64,000 nt of DNA from Anaerolineales bacterium (GCA_020060625.1 JAGUZU010000087.1:8500-72499); one strand, 5' to 3'. Positions 27,045-37,192 are shown, counted from the first letter of the stretch. The notes: a model not told the origin generated them from the letters alone. Numbers and translations are program-made.

Positions 27045-28279
27045 CCCACGTCCTTTTACGTCATCGCGATATTCCCGATATCAATACGCTGAATGTTTAC
27101 AAGAAGAACGGCGGTTTTGACGCGTTCAAACGAGCCGTCACTAAAATGAAGCCAACCGAAGTGACGGACGTGGTCAAGAACTCCGGTCTGCGCGGACGCG
27201 GGGGGGCGGGCTTTCCCACTGGCATGAAGTGGGCGTTCATCGACAACAGGAACTGGCCCCATTATGTGGTGGCAAATGCGGATGAGTCCGAGCCGGGCAC
27301 GTTCAAAGACCGCGAGATCATGGAGGGGAATCCCTTTCAATTTTTGGAGGGGGTCGCCATCGCCAGTTACGCCATCGGCGCAAACGTGGCGTACGTCTAT
27401 TTGCGCGGCGAGTTTTGGCAGGTTGCCGCCTTCCTCGATGAAAAGATCGCGGAGATGGAAGAGGCAGGTTATCTCGGGAACAAACTTTTCGGCACAGACT
27501 ACTCGCTGAAAATCTACACCCACCTCGGCGCAGGCGCGTACATCTGCGGCGAAGAAACCGCCCTGCTCGAATCCCTCGAAGGCAAACGCGGACAGCCGCG
27601 CGTGCGTCCGCCCTTCCCGCCCTCGTATGGTCTTTATGGCAAGCCGACTGTCATCAACAACGTGGAAACCCTTGCCAACGTTCCGATGATCCTTGCCAAT
27701 GGCGCGGACTGGTACAAAAGCATGGGAACAGCCGATAGCGCCGGCGTGAAAATCTTCTCGCTTTCGGGGCGCGTGCGCAAACCCGGAAATTATGAGCTGC
27801 CTTTCGGCGCGACTTTCCGCGAGTTGATCTACGAACACGGCATGGGCATTCAGGAGGGCAGGTCAGTCAAAGCCATCATGCCCGCGGGAGCCTCCTCTTC
27901 GCTGATCGTGGTGGACGATAAAGTGCTGGATACTCCGATGGACTATGCCACCGTCCGCACGCTCGGCGCGGACCTCGGATCTGCTTCCGTGATCGTGCTG
28001 GATGACACTGTGGATATTGACTGGGTCGTCAACAAGACCATTCATTTCTTCAAGCACGAGTCCTGCGGCAAATGCACCCCCTGCCGCGAAGGCAATTACT
28101 GGATGCGGCATCTTACGGAACGCATTCATTCAGGCGGCGGCTCGTCAGGCGACGTGGACCTGCTTTTGAACGTCGCCAAACAGATGCAGGGCAAATGTCT
28201 GTGCGCGCTGGGCGAATTCTCCACCATGGCGGTCGTAACCGGCATCGAACGCTTCCCGCAGGATTTCAAGAAGGCATAA
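27041..28279 (+). CDS. nuoF: NADH-quinone oxidoreductase subunit F
   Basis: GLRGRGGAGFPTG, NADESEPGTFKDR, ESCGKCTPCREG. Confidence 0.93.
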   Translation: MTHVLLRHRDIPDINTLNVYKKNGGFDAFKRAVTKMKPTEVTDVVKNSGLRGRGGAGFPTGMKWAFIDNRNWPHYVVANADESEPGTFKDREIMEGNPFQFLEGVAIASYAIGANVAYVYLRGEFWQVAAFLDEKIAEMEEAGYLGNKLFGTDYSLKIYTHLGAGAYICGEETALLESLEGKRGQPRVRPPFPPSYGLYGKPTVINNVETLANVPMILANGADWYKSMGTADSAGVKIFSLSGRVRKPGNYELPFGATFRELIYEHGMGIQEGRSVKAIMPAGASSSLIVVDDKVLDTPMDYATVRTLGADLGSASVIVLDDTVDIDWVVNKTIHFFKHESCGKCTPCREGNYWMRHLTERIHSGGGSSGDVDLLLNVAKQMQGKCLCALGEFSTMAVVTGIERFPQDFKKA

Positions 28280-28281
28280 GA

Positions 28282-28330
28282 CGATATTCGATACCGGATA
28301 TTCGAATATCGAATAACGAGTATCGTTTTT
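28282..28330 (+). repeat. Heptamer array in the nuoF-nuoG spacer
   Basis: cgatatt cgatacc ggatatt cgaatat cgaataa cgagtat cgttttt. Partly self-complementary (GATATTCGAATATC). Confidence 0.75.
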
Positions 28331-28344
28331 TTTTCGGAGACTTA

Positions 28345-30792
28345 ATGAGCAAACAGGTCACAATAACAATCAACGGAACGCAAGTAACCGTACCCGACGG
28401 CACGCTGGTTGTGGACGCGGCAAAGATGGCGGGCATTGATATCCCCGTCTTTTGCCATCACCCCAAATTGGAGCCGGTCGGCATGTGCCGCATGTGCCTG
28501 GTTGAGATCGGCAGACCCATGCTCGACCGCAACACCGGGCAGGTGGTGATGGAAAACGGTCAGCCCAAGATCCAGTTCATGCCCAAACTCGAAACCGCCT
28601 GCACCAACCGCGTTTCGGAAGGCATGGTGGTGATGACCACTTCCGACAAGGCAATGGATGGACAAAAAGGCACGGTTGAGTTCCTGCTCACGTCGCATCC
28701 GCTGGATTGTCCGGTCTGCGACAAGGGCGGCGAATGCCCGCTTCAAAACCTGACCATGCAGTTTGGTCCGGGCAGGAGCCGCTTCATCTACGACGAAAAA
28801 CTGCGTCTCGAAAAACAAGTTCCGCTCGGCGAATTGATCTGGCTCGACCGTGAACGCTGCATCCAATGCGCCCGCTGTATCCGTTTTCAGGATGAAATCG
28901 CCGGGGAAGCCGTTCTCGGCTTCGACGAGCGCGGACGCAACACCCAGATCGTCTCATTATCGGACCCCGGATTTGATTCTGTTTTCTCAGGCAACACCAC
29001 CGACATTTGCCCTGTCGGCGCTTTGACCACGGCAGACTTCCGCTTTGGGGCGCGCCCCTGGGAGTTGAAAGCGCAAGCCTCGATTTGTACGCAGTGCCCT
29101 GTTGGCTGCAACACCACGCTCAACACGCGGCGCGAAGCCAAGGCGGGCGGCGACATTGTAGTGAAACGCGTCATGCCGCGCCAGAACGAGGAAGTGAACG
29201 AGATCTGGCTGTGCGACAAGGGACGCTTTGCCCACCATTATCTGGAGAGCAAAAAACGCCTTACCCGACCCATGATCCGCAAGGACGGCAAACCAACCCG
29301 CGCCTCATGGGATGCCGCAACCAAACTCGCCGCCGACAACTTTGCGAAGGCGAAGAAGGATTTTGTCCTGTTGGCTTCGGGCAGGCTTTCCAATGAAGAC
29401 CTGTTCAACCTCAAGTCGCTGGCGGATACGGCGGGCGGCAAAGCCATCCTGTATTCCGACATGGGCGGCGGCGAATTGACGCAGTTGGTCGGTGTGGGCG
29501 CAGGCACGAATATCGGCGCGATGGGGAAGGGCGATGCCATCCTCGTGATCGCCTCCGACCTGTACGAAGAGGCGCCGATCTGGTGGCTGAGGGTCAAGCA
29601 GGCGGCGGACCGCGGCGCGACGCTGATTGTCGCCAACCCGCGCGAAACAAAACTGGATCGTTTTGCCAGATACACCATCCGTTACGCGTACGGCGATGAG
29701 GTCAAGACCGTTTCAAGTTTCGGCAAGAAAAGCAAAATTTCAGACGAGTTTGCAAAAGCCAAAAATGCGATTGTATTCTTCGGCAGTGAAGGGCTGGGCG
29801 TGAATGGCGTGTCCGCGCTGGCTTCTTCGTGCGCCAGCCTGCTGAAGGAATCGGATCATGTTGGACGCCCCAATAATGGGCTGATCGGCGTGTGGCAGAG
29901 AGCCAACGATCAGGGCGCATTCGAGATCGGTTTCCGCCCGGAAGCCAATCTGGCGAAGGCTTTGAAAGGCAGGGCGGTTTACATTGTGGGCGCTGACCCG
30001 GCGGGCGACAGCCCCGCTTTGGCAAAAGCCCTTGACGGCGCGAAGTTCGTTGCGGTACAGGATATTCTGGAAACCGCTACCACCGAGATTGCGGATGTCG
30101 TCTTTCCGGCGCAGGCGTTTACCGAACGCGAGGGAACGTATGTTTCCGGCGAACGCCGCGTGCAGCGTTTTTACGCTGCCGTGCCTGTGAAAGGCAGCAG
30201 CAAGCCCGACTTTGCGATCACTTCGATGATCGCAAAGCAGATGGGCATTATCCTCGAGGGTACGTCGCCTTCGGTGGTGTTCGACATCCTTGCCAATTCG
30301 ATTGATGCCTTCAATGAGTTGAACTATGAAAGACTCGCCGAAGTGCGCGGACAGTGGCCCATTGTCGGGCGCGGCGACTTGTATTACGGCGGCACGACCT
30401 ATGAAAACACGCAAGGCTTGGGCGTGCAACTCGTCCCGATGGCTCAGGTTATGGGAACGGTACGCATTCCCAAAGTCAGAAAAGAGGCGGCTCTTCGTCC
30501 CAAGGAAAAGGAATTGCTGGCTGTGCCGGTCAATAAATTATACGATCTCGGCGCGACCGTCCGCTCCGCTGAATTGCTCGGCGGGCGTATTGGAGAAGCA
30601 ACCATCTTCCTGCATTCGTCCACTGCGAAGAAGCTGGGTGTGGAAGAAGGCAAGCCTGCGAAAATTTCCTTTGGCGGTGTGAGTGTGGAAGCGGTTGTGA
30701 AGTTCGACGATACGATTTCAACGGGTGTGGCGCTGGCGCCGCGCAGTATGGGCATTCCCATTCGTGAACCTGTTGTCTCAAAGGTGAAGTGA
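28345..30792 (+). CDS. nuoG: NADH-quinone oxidoreductase subunit G
   Basis: MSKQVTITINGTQV start at ATG 28345 after GGAG. Fe-S motifs CHHPKLEPVGMCRMC, HPLDCPVCDKGGEC, CIQCARCIRF, CPVGAL. The listed ORF 28072 start overlaps nuoF. Confidence 0.92.
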   Translation: MSKQVTITINGTQVTVPDGTLVVDAAKMAGIDIPVFCHHPKLEPVGMCRMCLVEIGRPMLDRNTGQVVMENGQPKIQFMPKLETACTNRVSEGMVVMTTSDKAMDGQKGTVEFLLTSHPLDCPVCDKGGECPLQNLTMQFGPGRSRFIYDEKLRLEKQVPLGELIWLDRERCIQCARCIRFQDEIAGEAVLGFDERGRNTQIVSLSDPGFDSVFSGNTTDICPVGALTTADFRFGARPWELKAQASICTQCPVGCNTTLNTRREAKAGGDIVVKRVMPRQNEEVNEIWLCDKGRFAHHYLESKKRLTRPMIRKDGKPTRASWDAATKLAADNFAKAKKDFVLLASGRLSNEDLFNLKSLADTAGGKAILYSDMGGGELTQLVGVGAGTNIGAMGKGDAILVIASDLYEEAPIWWLRVKQAADRGATLIVANPRETKLDRFARYTIRYAYGDEVKTVSSFGKKSKISDEFAKAKNAIVFFGSEGLGVNGVSALASSCASLLKESDHVGRPNNGLIGVWQRANDQGAFEIGFRPEANLAKALKGRAVYIVGADPAGDSPALAKALDGAKFVAVQDILETATTEIADVVFPAQAFTEREGTYVSGERRVQRFYAAVPVKGSSKPDFAITSMIAKQMGIILEGTSPSVVFDILANSIDAFNELNYERLAEVRGQWPIVGRGDLYYGGTTYENTQGLGVQLVPMAQVMGTVRIPKVRKEAALRPKEKELLAVPVNKLYDLGATVRSAELLGGRIGEATIFLHSSTAKKLGVEEGKPAKISFGGVSVEAVVKFDDTISTGVALAPRSMGIPIREPVVSKVK

Positions 30793-30793
30793 T

Positions 30794-31942
30794 ATGGATT
30801 GGACGATCTGGCTTGAATGGTTTCTCAAAGGCTTGATATTATGCCTGCTTCTGCTGACAGGCTTTGCATACCTGACGCTGTATGAACGCCGTGCGCTGGC
30901 GCGCATTCAGATTCGCGTGGGACCGAATCGCGCCGGGCCCCAGGGTCTGCTCCAACCCATTGCGGATGCGATCAAACTGATCTTCAAGGAAGAACTGACC
31001 CCTGCAAAAGTTTATCGGTTTGTCTTCATTCTTGCGCCCGTGCTGACGGTGGTGCCTTCGCTGATCATTGCGGCGGTAATCCCGCTTGGGACATCGTTCA
31101 TGCTGTTTGGGCGCGAAATCACGTTGTACGTTGCGAATTTGAATGTGGGCGTTTTGTACCTGATGTCCATTGCTTCGATTGCGGTGTATGGTATTGTGCT
31201 GGCGGGATGGTCGAGCAATAACAAGTATGCCATGTTGGGCGGCATCCGCTCTTCCGCGCAGATGATCTCGTATGAGATCTCGCTGGGGTTGTGTTTTGCA
31301 ATCGCCATTCTGCTGGGTAATTCGATGAACCTGAACGATCTTGTCGAAGCCCAGAGAAATATATGGTTTGTGGTTGTTCAGCCTGCGGGCGCATTGGTCT
31401 TCATGTTTGTGGTTTTGGCGGAGGTGAATCGCGCGCCGTTCGACATGCCCGAAGCCGAGCAGGAATTGACAGCGGGCTATCACGCCGAATATTCGGGCAT
31501 GAAGTTCGCCCTGTTCTTCATGGCGGAATACCAGAAGATGATTGTGGTCTCGATGATTGGCGCGACGCTGTTCTTCGGCGGATACCGCGAACCCTGGTTT
31601 ATGACGGGATGGTTGAATGGGCTGTTCAGCGTGGATCGGTTCTGGTTCCTGGGACCGGCTTATCTTTTCATCAAGGTCATTCTTCTGCTGTTCTTCATGA
31701 TCTGGATCCGCGCCACCTGGCCCCGCATCCGGTATGACCGCCTGATGGCGCTGGGCTGGAAAATCCTCCTGCCGTTGACGCTGGTCATCGCGTTTATCAC
31801 TGCCACGGGCATTCTGCTCCAGCAGGAGTTGAACAATCCGCTGTTCTATTGGAGTATTCCCATTCTTTCCATTATCTGTTTACTGGCGGCGGTCGCTTTT
31901 ATTTATCGCGACTTGAGGAGAAAATCTCATGGGCGTTTTTGA
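30794..31942 (+). CDS. nuoH: NADH-quinone oxidoreductase subunit H
   Basis: Polytopic membrane protein with [56 protein letters not shown]. Confidence 0.93.
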   Translation: MDWTIWLEWFLKGLILCLLLLTGFAYLTLYERRALARIQIRVGPNRAGPQGLLQPIADAIKLIFKEELTPAKVYRFVFILAPVLTVVPSLIIAAVIPLGTSFMLFGREITLYVANLNVGVLYLMSIASIAVYGIVLAGWSSNNKYAMLGGIRSSAQMISYEISLGLCFAIAILLGNSMNLNDLVEAQRNIWFVVVQPAGALVFMFVVLAEVNRAPFDMPEAEQELTAGYHAEYSGMKFALFFMAEYQKMIVVSMIGATLFFGGYREPWFMTGWLNGLFSVDRFWFLGPAYLFIKVILLLFFMIWIRATWPRIRYDRLMALGWKILLPLTLVIAFITATGILLQQELNNPLFYWSIPILSIICLLAAVAFIYRDLRRKSHGRF

Positions 31943-32450
31943 TCCCATTATCGAACTTTCGAGAGGGCTGGGCGAAACGCTTCGTTCGTTCCTGTTCGAG
32001 AAGACCGTAACCTATCAATATCCCGAAGAGAAGCGGCCCGTCCGCCCGCGTTTTCGCGGACGTCACGTGTTGAAGCGTTACGACAATGGCTTGGAAAAGT
32101 GCATCGGATGCTCGCTATGCGCCGCCGCCTGCCCCGCGGATGCGATCTTCGTGGAAGCCTCGGAAAACACCGATGAAAAACGCTTCTCACCCGGAGAGCG
32201 GTATGCCTCCACCTACGAGATCAACATGCTCCGCTGTATCTATTGCGGCTTTTGCGAGGATGCCTGCCCGACGGAGGCGATTGTGCTGGGCGATAACTAC
32301 GAACTATCCTTCACCGACCGCAAACAGGCGATCTACACCAAGGATTTGTTGTTGGAGCCTGTCCCGTCCGAGCAGATGCTCACGCCGCGCAAGGTGGAGC
32401 CGCGCGCGTTCACACGATCCGTGCCGGAGATGAAAGACCCTACGGACTGA
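31929..32450 (+). CDS. nuoI: NADH-quinone oxidoreductase subunit I
   Basis: Two 4Fe-4S ferredoxin motifs [12 protein letters not shown] and [12 protein letters not shown]. Confidence 0.92.
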   Translation: MGVFDPIIELSRGLGETLRSFLFEKTVTYQYPEEKRPVRPRFRGRHVLKRYDNGLEKCIGCSLCAAACPADAIFVEASENTDEKRFSPGERYASTYEINMLRCIYCGFCEDACPTEAIVLGDNYELSFTDRKQAIYTKDLLLEPVPSEQMLTPRKVEPRAFTRSVPEMKDPTD

Positions 32451-32506
32451 CGATTTACGATTTCAGATTTTCGATTGTTCCGCGCATCGTCAGTCGAAAA
32501 TCGTAA
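32451..32506 (+). repeat. Heptamer array / long imperfect hairpin in the nuoI-nuoJ spacer
   Basis: cgattta cgatttc agatttt cgattgt tccgcgc atcgtca gtcgaaa atcgtaa. ATTTACGATTT pairs perfectly with AAATCGTAAAT. Confidence 0.75.
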
Positions 32507-32516
32507 ATGGAGAAAT

Positions 32517-33041
32517 ATGACCTCTGACTTGATTGTTTTCCTCGTCCTTTCCCTCGTTGCGATTTCCGCCGCATTGGGGATGTTGTTCAGCCGCAATGCG
32601 GTCTATTCGGCGTTGTTCCTGGTGTTGAATTTCGTCACAGTGGCGGTATTCTATCTTTTGCTGGGCGCGCCCTTCATCGCCATGACGCAGGTCACGGTGT
32701 ACGCGGGCGCGATCATGGTGTTGTTTCTCTTCGTCATTATGCTCCTCGGCGCGGAAAACCTCCCGCCTTCCGACGCGCTCCCCTGGCAGAAGCCGCTGGC
32801 GGTGCTGCTCTCCGCCATTCTTGCGGTCGAAGCGATCTATCTCCTGTTCATGAACGCCCGCACAAATATGGCGATTGCCGCCCCTGAAGCCTCGGTTAAC
32901 ACGATGGAAAACCTGCGCGAAATGGCAATGACATTATTCAACCAGTTTCTCCTGCCTTTCGAAGTCACGTCCATATTGTTGCTGGTTGCCATGGTCGGCG
33001 CCATCGTGCTGACCAAACAGGAAAAAGGAGGACGAAGTTAA
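32517..33041 (+). CDS. nuoJ: NADH-quinone oxidoreductase subunit J
   Basis: Five-TM protein with [20 protein letters not shown] 32517 after GGAGA (listed ORF from 32475). Confidence 0.88.
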   Translation: MTSDLIVFLVLSLVAISAALGMLFSRNAVYSALFLVLNFVTVAVFYLLLGAPFIAMTQVTVYAGAIMVLFLFVIMLLGAENLPPSDALPWQKPLAVLLSAILAVEAIYLLFMNARTNMAIAAPEASVNTMENLREMAMTLFNQFLLPFEVTSILLLVAMVGAIVLTKQEKGGRS

Positions 33042-33343
33042 TGGTCCCCGTTGATTATTACATTGCCTTATCCGCGATCCTATTTGTCATCGGCTCGCTC
33101 GGTGTGCTTTCGCGCCGTAACCCGCTCATCATCTTCATGTCCATCGAGTTGATGCTCAATGCGGCGAACCTCGCCTTCGTGGCATTTGCCAGAATGTACG
33201 ATAGTTTCAGCGGACAGATCTTCGTCTTCTTCGTCATCGCGGTTGCGGCGGCAGAGGTGGCGGTGGGGCTTGCGCTGATTGTGGAAATTTTCAAAACCCG
33301 CAAGAACATCAATGTGGATGAGATGAATTCTCTAAAAGGATAA
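33041..33343 (+). CDS. nuoK: NADH-quinone oxidoreductase subunit K
   Basis: 100-aa three-TM protein, [26 protein letters not shown]. Confidence 0.9.
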   Translation: MVPVDYYIALSAILFVIGSLGVLSRRNPLIIFMSIELMLNAANLAFVAFARMYDSFSGQIFVFFVIAVAAAEVAVGLALIVEIFKTRKNINVDEMNSLKG

Positions 33344-33344
33344 T

Positions 33345-33386
33345 TCGATATTCGATGCTCGATGATCGAATATCGAGTATCGAATT
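33345..33386 (+). repeat. Heptamer array in the nuoK-nuoL spacer
   Basis: tcgatat tcgatgc tcgatga tcgaata tcgagta tcgaatt. The ends AATTCGATATTCGAT / ATCGAATATCGA..ATCGAATT are inverted repeats. Confidence 0.75.
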
Positions 33387-33398
33387 ACGGAGAATGTT

Positions 33399-35546
33399 AT
33401 GCACTTAAGCGAAACAGTACATACGGGCTTTTATTTCCTCGCTCCCTGGCTGGTGCTTGCGCCCGTCACCGGCTTGTTGGTCAACGCCGCGTTCGGGCGT
33501 CGGATGAGCGAAACGCTGATCGGCGCAGTGGCAAGCCTGGCGTCGGGCGCGGCGTTCGTCGTATCCATCCTGCTGGCGTACTCGGTGTCGGTCAATCACG
33601 GGCTGGCGGTCAGCGTGCCGTTCCTCGAATGGATTCACATCGGCAGCCTCGAACTCGACTGGACCTTCCGCGTGGACTCGCTTTCGACCACGATGATGGT
33701 CGCCGTTACAGGCGTGGGAACTCTCATCCACATCTACGCGATTGGATACATGCACGAGGATGTCCGCTTCAAGCATCAGGAAGGACGCTTCGCCCGCTTC
33801 TTCGTCTTCATGAACCTGTTTATCGCTGCGATGATGATCCTCGTCTCGGGCGACTCCTACTTAATGCTTTTCGTCGGCTGGGAAGGCGTGGGACTTTGCT
33901 CCTTCCTCCTCATTGGCTTCTGGTTCGAGATGGATACACTCGCCCGACCCTCCTGGGCAAACTCGGACGCTGCAAAGAAAGCCTTCATCACCAACCGCGT
34001 GGGCGACTTCGGTTTCCTGATCGCGGGCTTTTTGATGTTCTGGTATCTCGGCTCATTCCAATTTGACGAAGTGTTTGCCGCCGCGCCCGCCATTGCGGAA
34101 GCAGCCCCCTGGGTCATCGTGGCGATCACGCTTTTTATGCTTGTCGGCGTTGCCGGTAAATCCGCGCAAATTCCGCTTTATATCTGGCTTCCCGACGCAA
34201 TGGCAGGTCCCACGCCTGTCTCTGCTCTCATCCATGCCGCCACGATGGTGACGGCGGGCGTGTATCTCGTGGCGCGCTCGGCTCCGCTTTACACGCTGGT
34301 TCCCGAAGCGCAATACATCGTGGCGATGGTTGGCGCAGGGACGGCGCTCTTCGCCGCGACGATTGCCGTCGGTCAGTATGACATCAAGAAAGTGCTTGCC
34401 TATTCCACCATCTCACAACTCGGCTTCATGGTTGCCGCGGTTGGGATGGGCGCGTACGTGGCGGGGATGTTCCATCTTGTCACGCACGCCTTCTTCAAGG
34501 CGTTGTTGTTCCTTTCCGCCGGCTCGGTCATCCTCGGGCTCGAGCGCGGACATCATCATCTCGCGCATCATGGTCACGATAAGAAACCACTCAAAGGAAA
34601 AAAGAAAAAAGAAGAGCATGGCGGTCACGACGACCATGGAGAAGTCTTCGACCCCGGCGATATGCGCAACATGGGCGGCATCCGCAAGACCATGCCTGTC
34701 ACGTTCTGGCTGTACATGATCGGCACGCTGGCATTGGCGGGCATTTTCCCGTTCGCGGGTTTCTGGTCGAAGGATGAAATTCTGCTCGATGCCAGCCTGC
34801 ATTACCCCAGCGTTTATTGGCAGTTGACCATCGCCGCCTTCTTCACTGCCTTCTACATGGGACGCCAAATCTGGATGGTCTTCTTCGGCAAGGCACGGAC
34901 AGACGCCGCCAAACATGCGGAAGAAAGCCCAAAGATTATGACCGTGCCGCTTATGGTGCTGGCAGGCTTGAGCGTAGTCGGAGGCGCGTTGAACCTTCCG
35001 TTTGAAGGCTTCCATAACCTGAGTCACTGGCTGGAATATACGCTTGGCGAAGTCCATGCGCTTCCGCTCGATTTGCAGGTTGCGGGCATATCCACCGCGC
35101 TGGCGTTGCTTGCCATTTTTATTTCATGGCTGATCTACGGACGTAATCCGCTCAAGGCTGGTCAGACCGATCCATTGAAGAAGCCGCTTGGTTTCCTGTT
35201 CACAGGCATGGAAAACAAATGGTTCGTGGACGAAGGCTATGGCGTTTTGATCATCACGCCGTTCAAAAAGATTTCGCAGTTCCTGGCGGATGTGATTGAC
35301 TGGCGCTTCTGGCACGACTTTGTGCATGATACGGTCATTGCCGGAACCTATAACTGGATCAGCAATATTGCGCTCGACCGCTATGCCGATCAGCGCGGCA
35401 TTGACGCCTTTGCCAACTGGCTCGGCACGACAACGCAATGGATTTCCAACCATGTGCGTAAAGTCCAAAACGGATTTGTGCGTTCGTACGCGCTTTCCGT
35501 TTTGCTGGGCGTTGTCTTGATTTTGGGTTATTTGATTTTGAAATAA
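33399..35546 (+). CDS. nuoL: NADH-quinone oxidoreductase subunit L (with His/Lys-rich insertion)
   Basis: Antiporter-like subunit with WEGVGLCSFLLIGFW, PDAMAGPTPVSALIHAATMVTAG, KVLAYSTISQLGFM and a long C-terminal lateral helix region. Confidence 0.92.
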   Translation: MHLSETVHTGFYFLAPWLVLAPVTGLLVNAAFGRRMSETLIGAVASLASGAAFVVSILLAYSVSVNHGLAVSVPFLEWIHIGSLELDWTFRVDSLSTTMMVAVTGVGTLIHIYAIGYMHEDVRFKHQEGRFARFFVFMNLFIAAMMILVSGDSYLMLFVGWEGVGLCSFLLIGFWFEMDTLARPSWANSDAAKKAFITNRVGDFGFLIAGFLMFWYLGSFQFDEVFAAAPAIAEAAPWVIVAITLFMLVGVAGKSAQIPLYIWLPDAMAGPTPVSALIHAATMVTAGVYLVARSAPLYTLVPEAQYIVAMVGAGTALFAATIAVGQYDIKKVLAYSTISQLGFMVAAVGMGAYVAGMFHLVTHAFFKALLFLSAGSVILGLERGHHHLAHHGHDKKPLKGKKKKEEHGGHDDHGEVFDPGDMRNMGGIRKTMPVTFWLYMIGTLALAGIFPFAGFWSKDEILLDASLHYPSVYWQLTIAAFFTAFYMGRQIWMVFFGKARTDAAKHAEESPKIMTVPLMVLAGLSVVGGALNLPFEGFHNLSHWLEYTLGEVHALPLDLQVAGISTALALLAIFISWLIYGRNPLKAGQTDPLKKPLGFLFTGMENKWFVDEGYGVLIITPFKKISQFLADVIDWRFWHDFVHDTVIAGTYNWISNIALDRYADQRGIDAFANWLGTTTQWISNHVRKVQNGFVRSYALSVLLGVVLILGYLILK

Positions 35547-35551
35547 AATCT

Positions 35552-35599
35552 CCCTCACCCCACCCCCTTCTCCCACTGGGAAAGGGGCAGGGGTGAGGG
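35552..35599. repeat. Hairpin repeat, 'CCCTCACCCC ... GGGGTGAGGG' family, nuoL-nuoM spacer
   Basis: CCCTCACCCCACCCCCTTCTCCCACTGGGAAAGGGGCAGGGGTGAGGG. Related copy in the next spacer. Confidence 0.7.
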
Positions 35600-35613
35600 C
35601 ACGAGGATAGAAC

Positions 35614-37128
35614 ATGGAATTTCTTTTGCAACCTCTTACACTCCTGACCTTCTTCCCGATCTTGGGCGTGCTTGTGATCCTCTTCATGAATTCCGAAATG
35701 AAGAACGCCATTCGCTGGGTCGCGCTGGTCACATCCCTGCTGACGTTCGGCATTTCGTTGTGGGTCTTCTCGATGTTCAGCGCGTCGAACCCCGACCTGC
35801 AACTGGAAGCCAAATATCCGTGGATCCACGTTGCAGGCTGGAACATTTACTACTACCTCGCCGTGGACGGTCTGAGCGTTCTGCTTGTTCTGCTCACCGC
35901 CTTCCTTACGCCGATCTCCATCCTTTCCACCTGGACTGCTGTGGAAGAGCGCGTGAAGGATTTCATGCTCTTCTTCCTCCTCCTGGAAGTCGGCATGACG
36001 GGCGTGTTCCTGGCGCAGGACTTGTTCCTGTTCTACATTTTTTGGGAATTCACCCTCGTGCCGATGTACTTCCTCATCGGCATCTGGGGCGGACCGCGCC
36101 GCGTGTATGCCGCGATCAAGTTCTTCCTCTACACCATGGCGGGTTCCATTTTGATGCTGCTCGCCATCATCTATCTCGGTATCAAAGCGGACACCTTCAA
36201 TCTGCCCACCATGCTTGTCCGCCTGCCTGACCTATACGCCACAGGCGCGATTACGGCTGGCACACAGATGTTCCTCTTCCTCGCGTTTACCGCCGCTTTT
36301 GCCATCAAGGTCCCAATGTGGCCCCTCCATTCGTGGCTGCCCGATGCTCACGTGGAAGCGCCGACGGCTGGCTCCGTCATCCTTGCGGGCGTCCTGCTGA
36401 AGATGGGAACGTATGGCTTCCTGCGCTTCAATATTCCGCTTTTCCCGAACGCCGCCATCCAAGCCGCCCCATGGATCGCGCTCTTTGCGACCATCGGCAT
36501 TATTTACGGCGCGGCGGTCTCCTTCGCGCAGGCGGATGTAAAGAAACTGGTCGCTTACTCCTCGGTGAGCCACCTCGGTTTCGTTATGCTCGGTCTTTTT
36601 GCGCTCAATGCCGAAGGCGTGGCTGGCGCAATTTTGCAGATGGTCAATCACGGTCTCAGCACGGGAGCGTTGTTCCTTCTCATCGGCATGATCTACGAGC
36701 AGACTCACACCCGCGAGATCAAAGTCTATGGCGGCTTGTGGAAGATCACGCCGATCTTCGGAACCATCATGCTCATCGCCTCGCTCTCCTCGATGGGTTT
36801 GCCCGGTCTTAACGGCTTTGTGGGTGAGTTCACCATCCTGCTTGGCGCGTTTGGCTCGAAAGCCATCGGCAGCCCCTGGTTCGCGGGTATCTCCGCCATC
36901 GGCGTCATCATGGCGGCGATCTACATCCTGTACATGTTCCAAAAGGTTTTCCTCGGTCCCGCAGGCGAAGTGACCCATCACCACGAACTCAAAGACCTCA
37001 ACTGGCGCGAGATTCTCACCGTCGTGCCGCTGGTCATCTTTATGTTCTGGATCGGTTTGTACCCCAAACCCTTCTTCGATATCCTCGCCCCCGCGGTTGA
37101 GAAACTACTTTCTGCATTGCCTTTGTAA
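35614..37128 (+). CDS. nuoM: NADH-quinone oxidoreductase subunit M
   Basis: FYIFWEFTLVPMYFLIG, HSWLPDAHVEAPTAGSVILAGVLLKMG, KKLVAYSSVSHLGF. Confidence 0.92.
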   Translation: MEFLLQPLTLLTFFPILGVLVILFMNSEMKNAIRWVALVTSLLTFGISLWVFSMFSASNPDLQLEAKYPWIHVAGWNIYYYLAVDGLSVLLVLLTAFLTPISILSTWTAVEERVKDFMLFFLLLEVGMTGVFLAQDLFLFYIFWEFTLVPMYFLIGIWGGPRRVYAAIKFFLYTMAGSILMLLAIIYLGIKADTFNLPTMLVRLPDLYATGAITAGTQMFLFLAFTAAFAIKVPMWPLHSWLPDAHVEAPTAGSVILAGVLLKMGTYGFLRFNIPLFPNAAIQAAPWIALFATIGIIYGAAVSFAQADVKKLVAYSSVSHLGFVMLGLFALNAEGVAGAILQMVNHGLSTGALFLLIGMIYEQTHTREIKVYGGLWKITPIFGTIMLIASLSSMGLPGLNGFVGEFTILLGAFGSKAIGSPWFAGISAIGVIMAAIYILYMFQKVFLGPAGEVTHHHELKDLNWREILTVVPLVIFMFWIGLYPKPFFDILAPAVEKLLSALPL

Positions 37129-37134
37129 TTCTTG

Positions 37135-37181
37135 CCCTTGCCCCCAACCCCTCTCCCATTGAGAGGGACAGGGGTGAGGGG
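37135..37181. repeat. Hairpin repeat of the same family, nuoM-nuoN spacer
   Basis: CCCTTGCCCCCAACCCCTCTCCCATTGAGAGGGACAGGGGTGAGGGG. Inner stem CCTCTC/GAGAGG. Confidence 0.7.
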
Positions 37182-37192
37182 ATGGAGCGTTC

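Noticed and set aside
28072-28344. Upstream extension of nuoG ORF. Similar extensions occur on the listed ORFs for nuoB (24092), nuoJ (32475), cdd (6412), glmU (5085), the GT (56304) and the 801-aa ORF (55415)
   Set aside because: Each extension overlaps the preceding gene or a divergent gene. An internal ATG with an RBS coincides with the start of the conserved domain.
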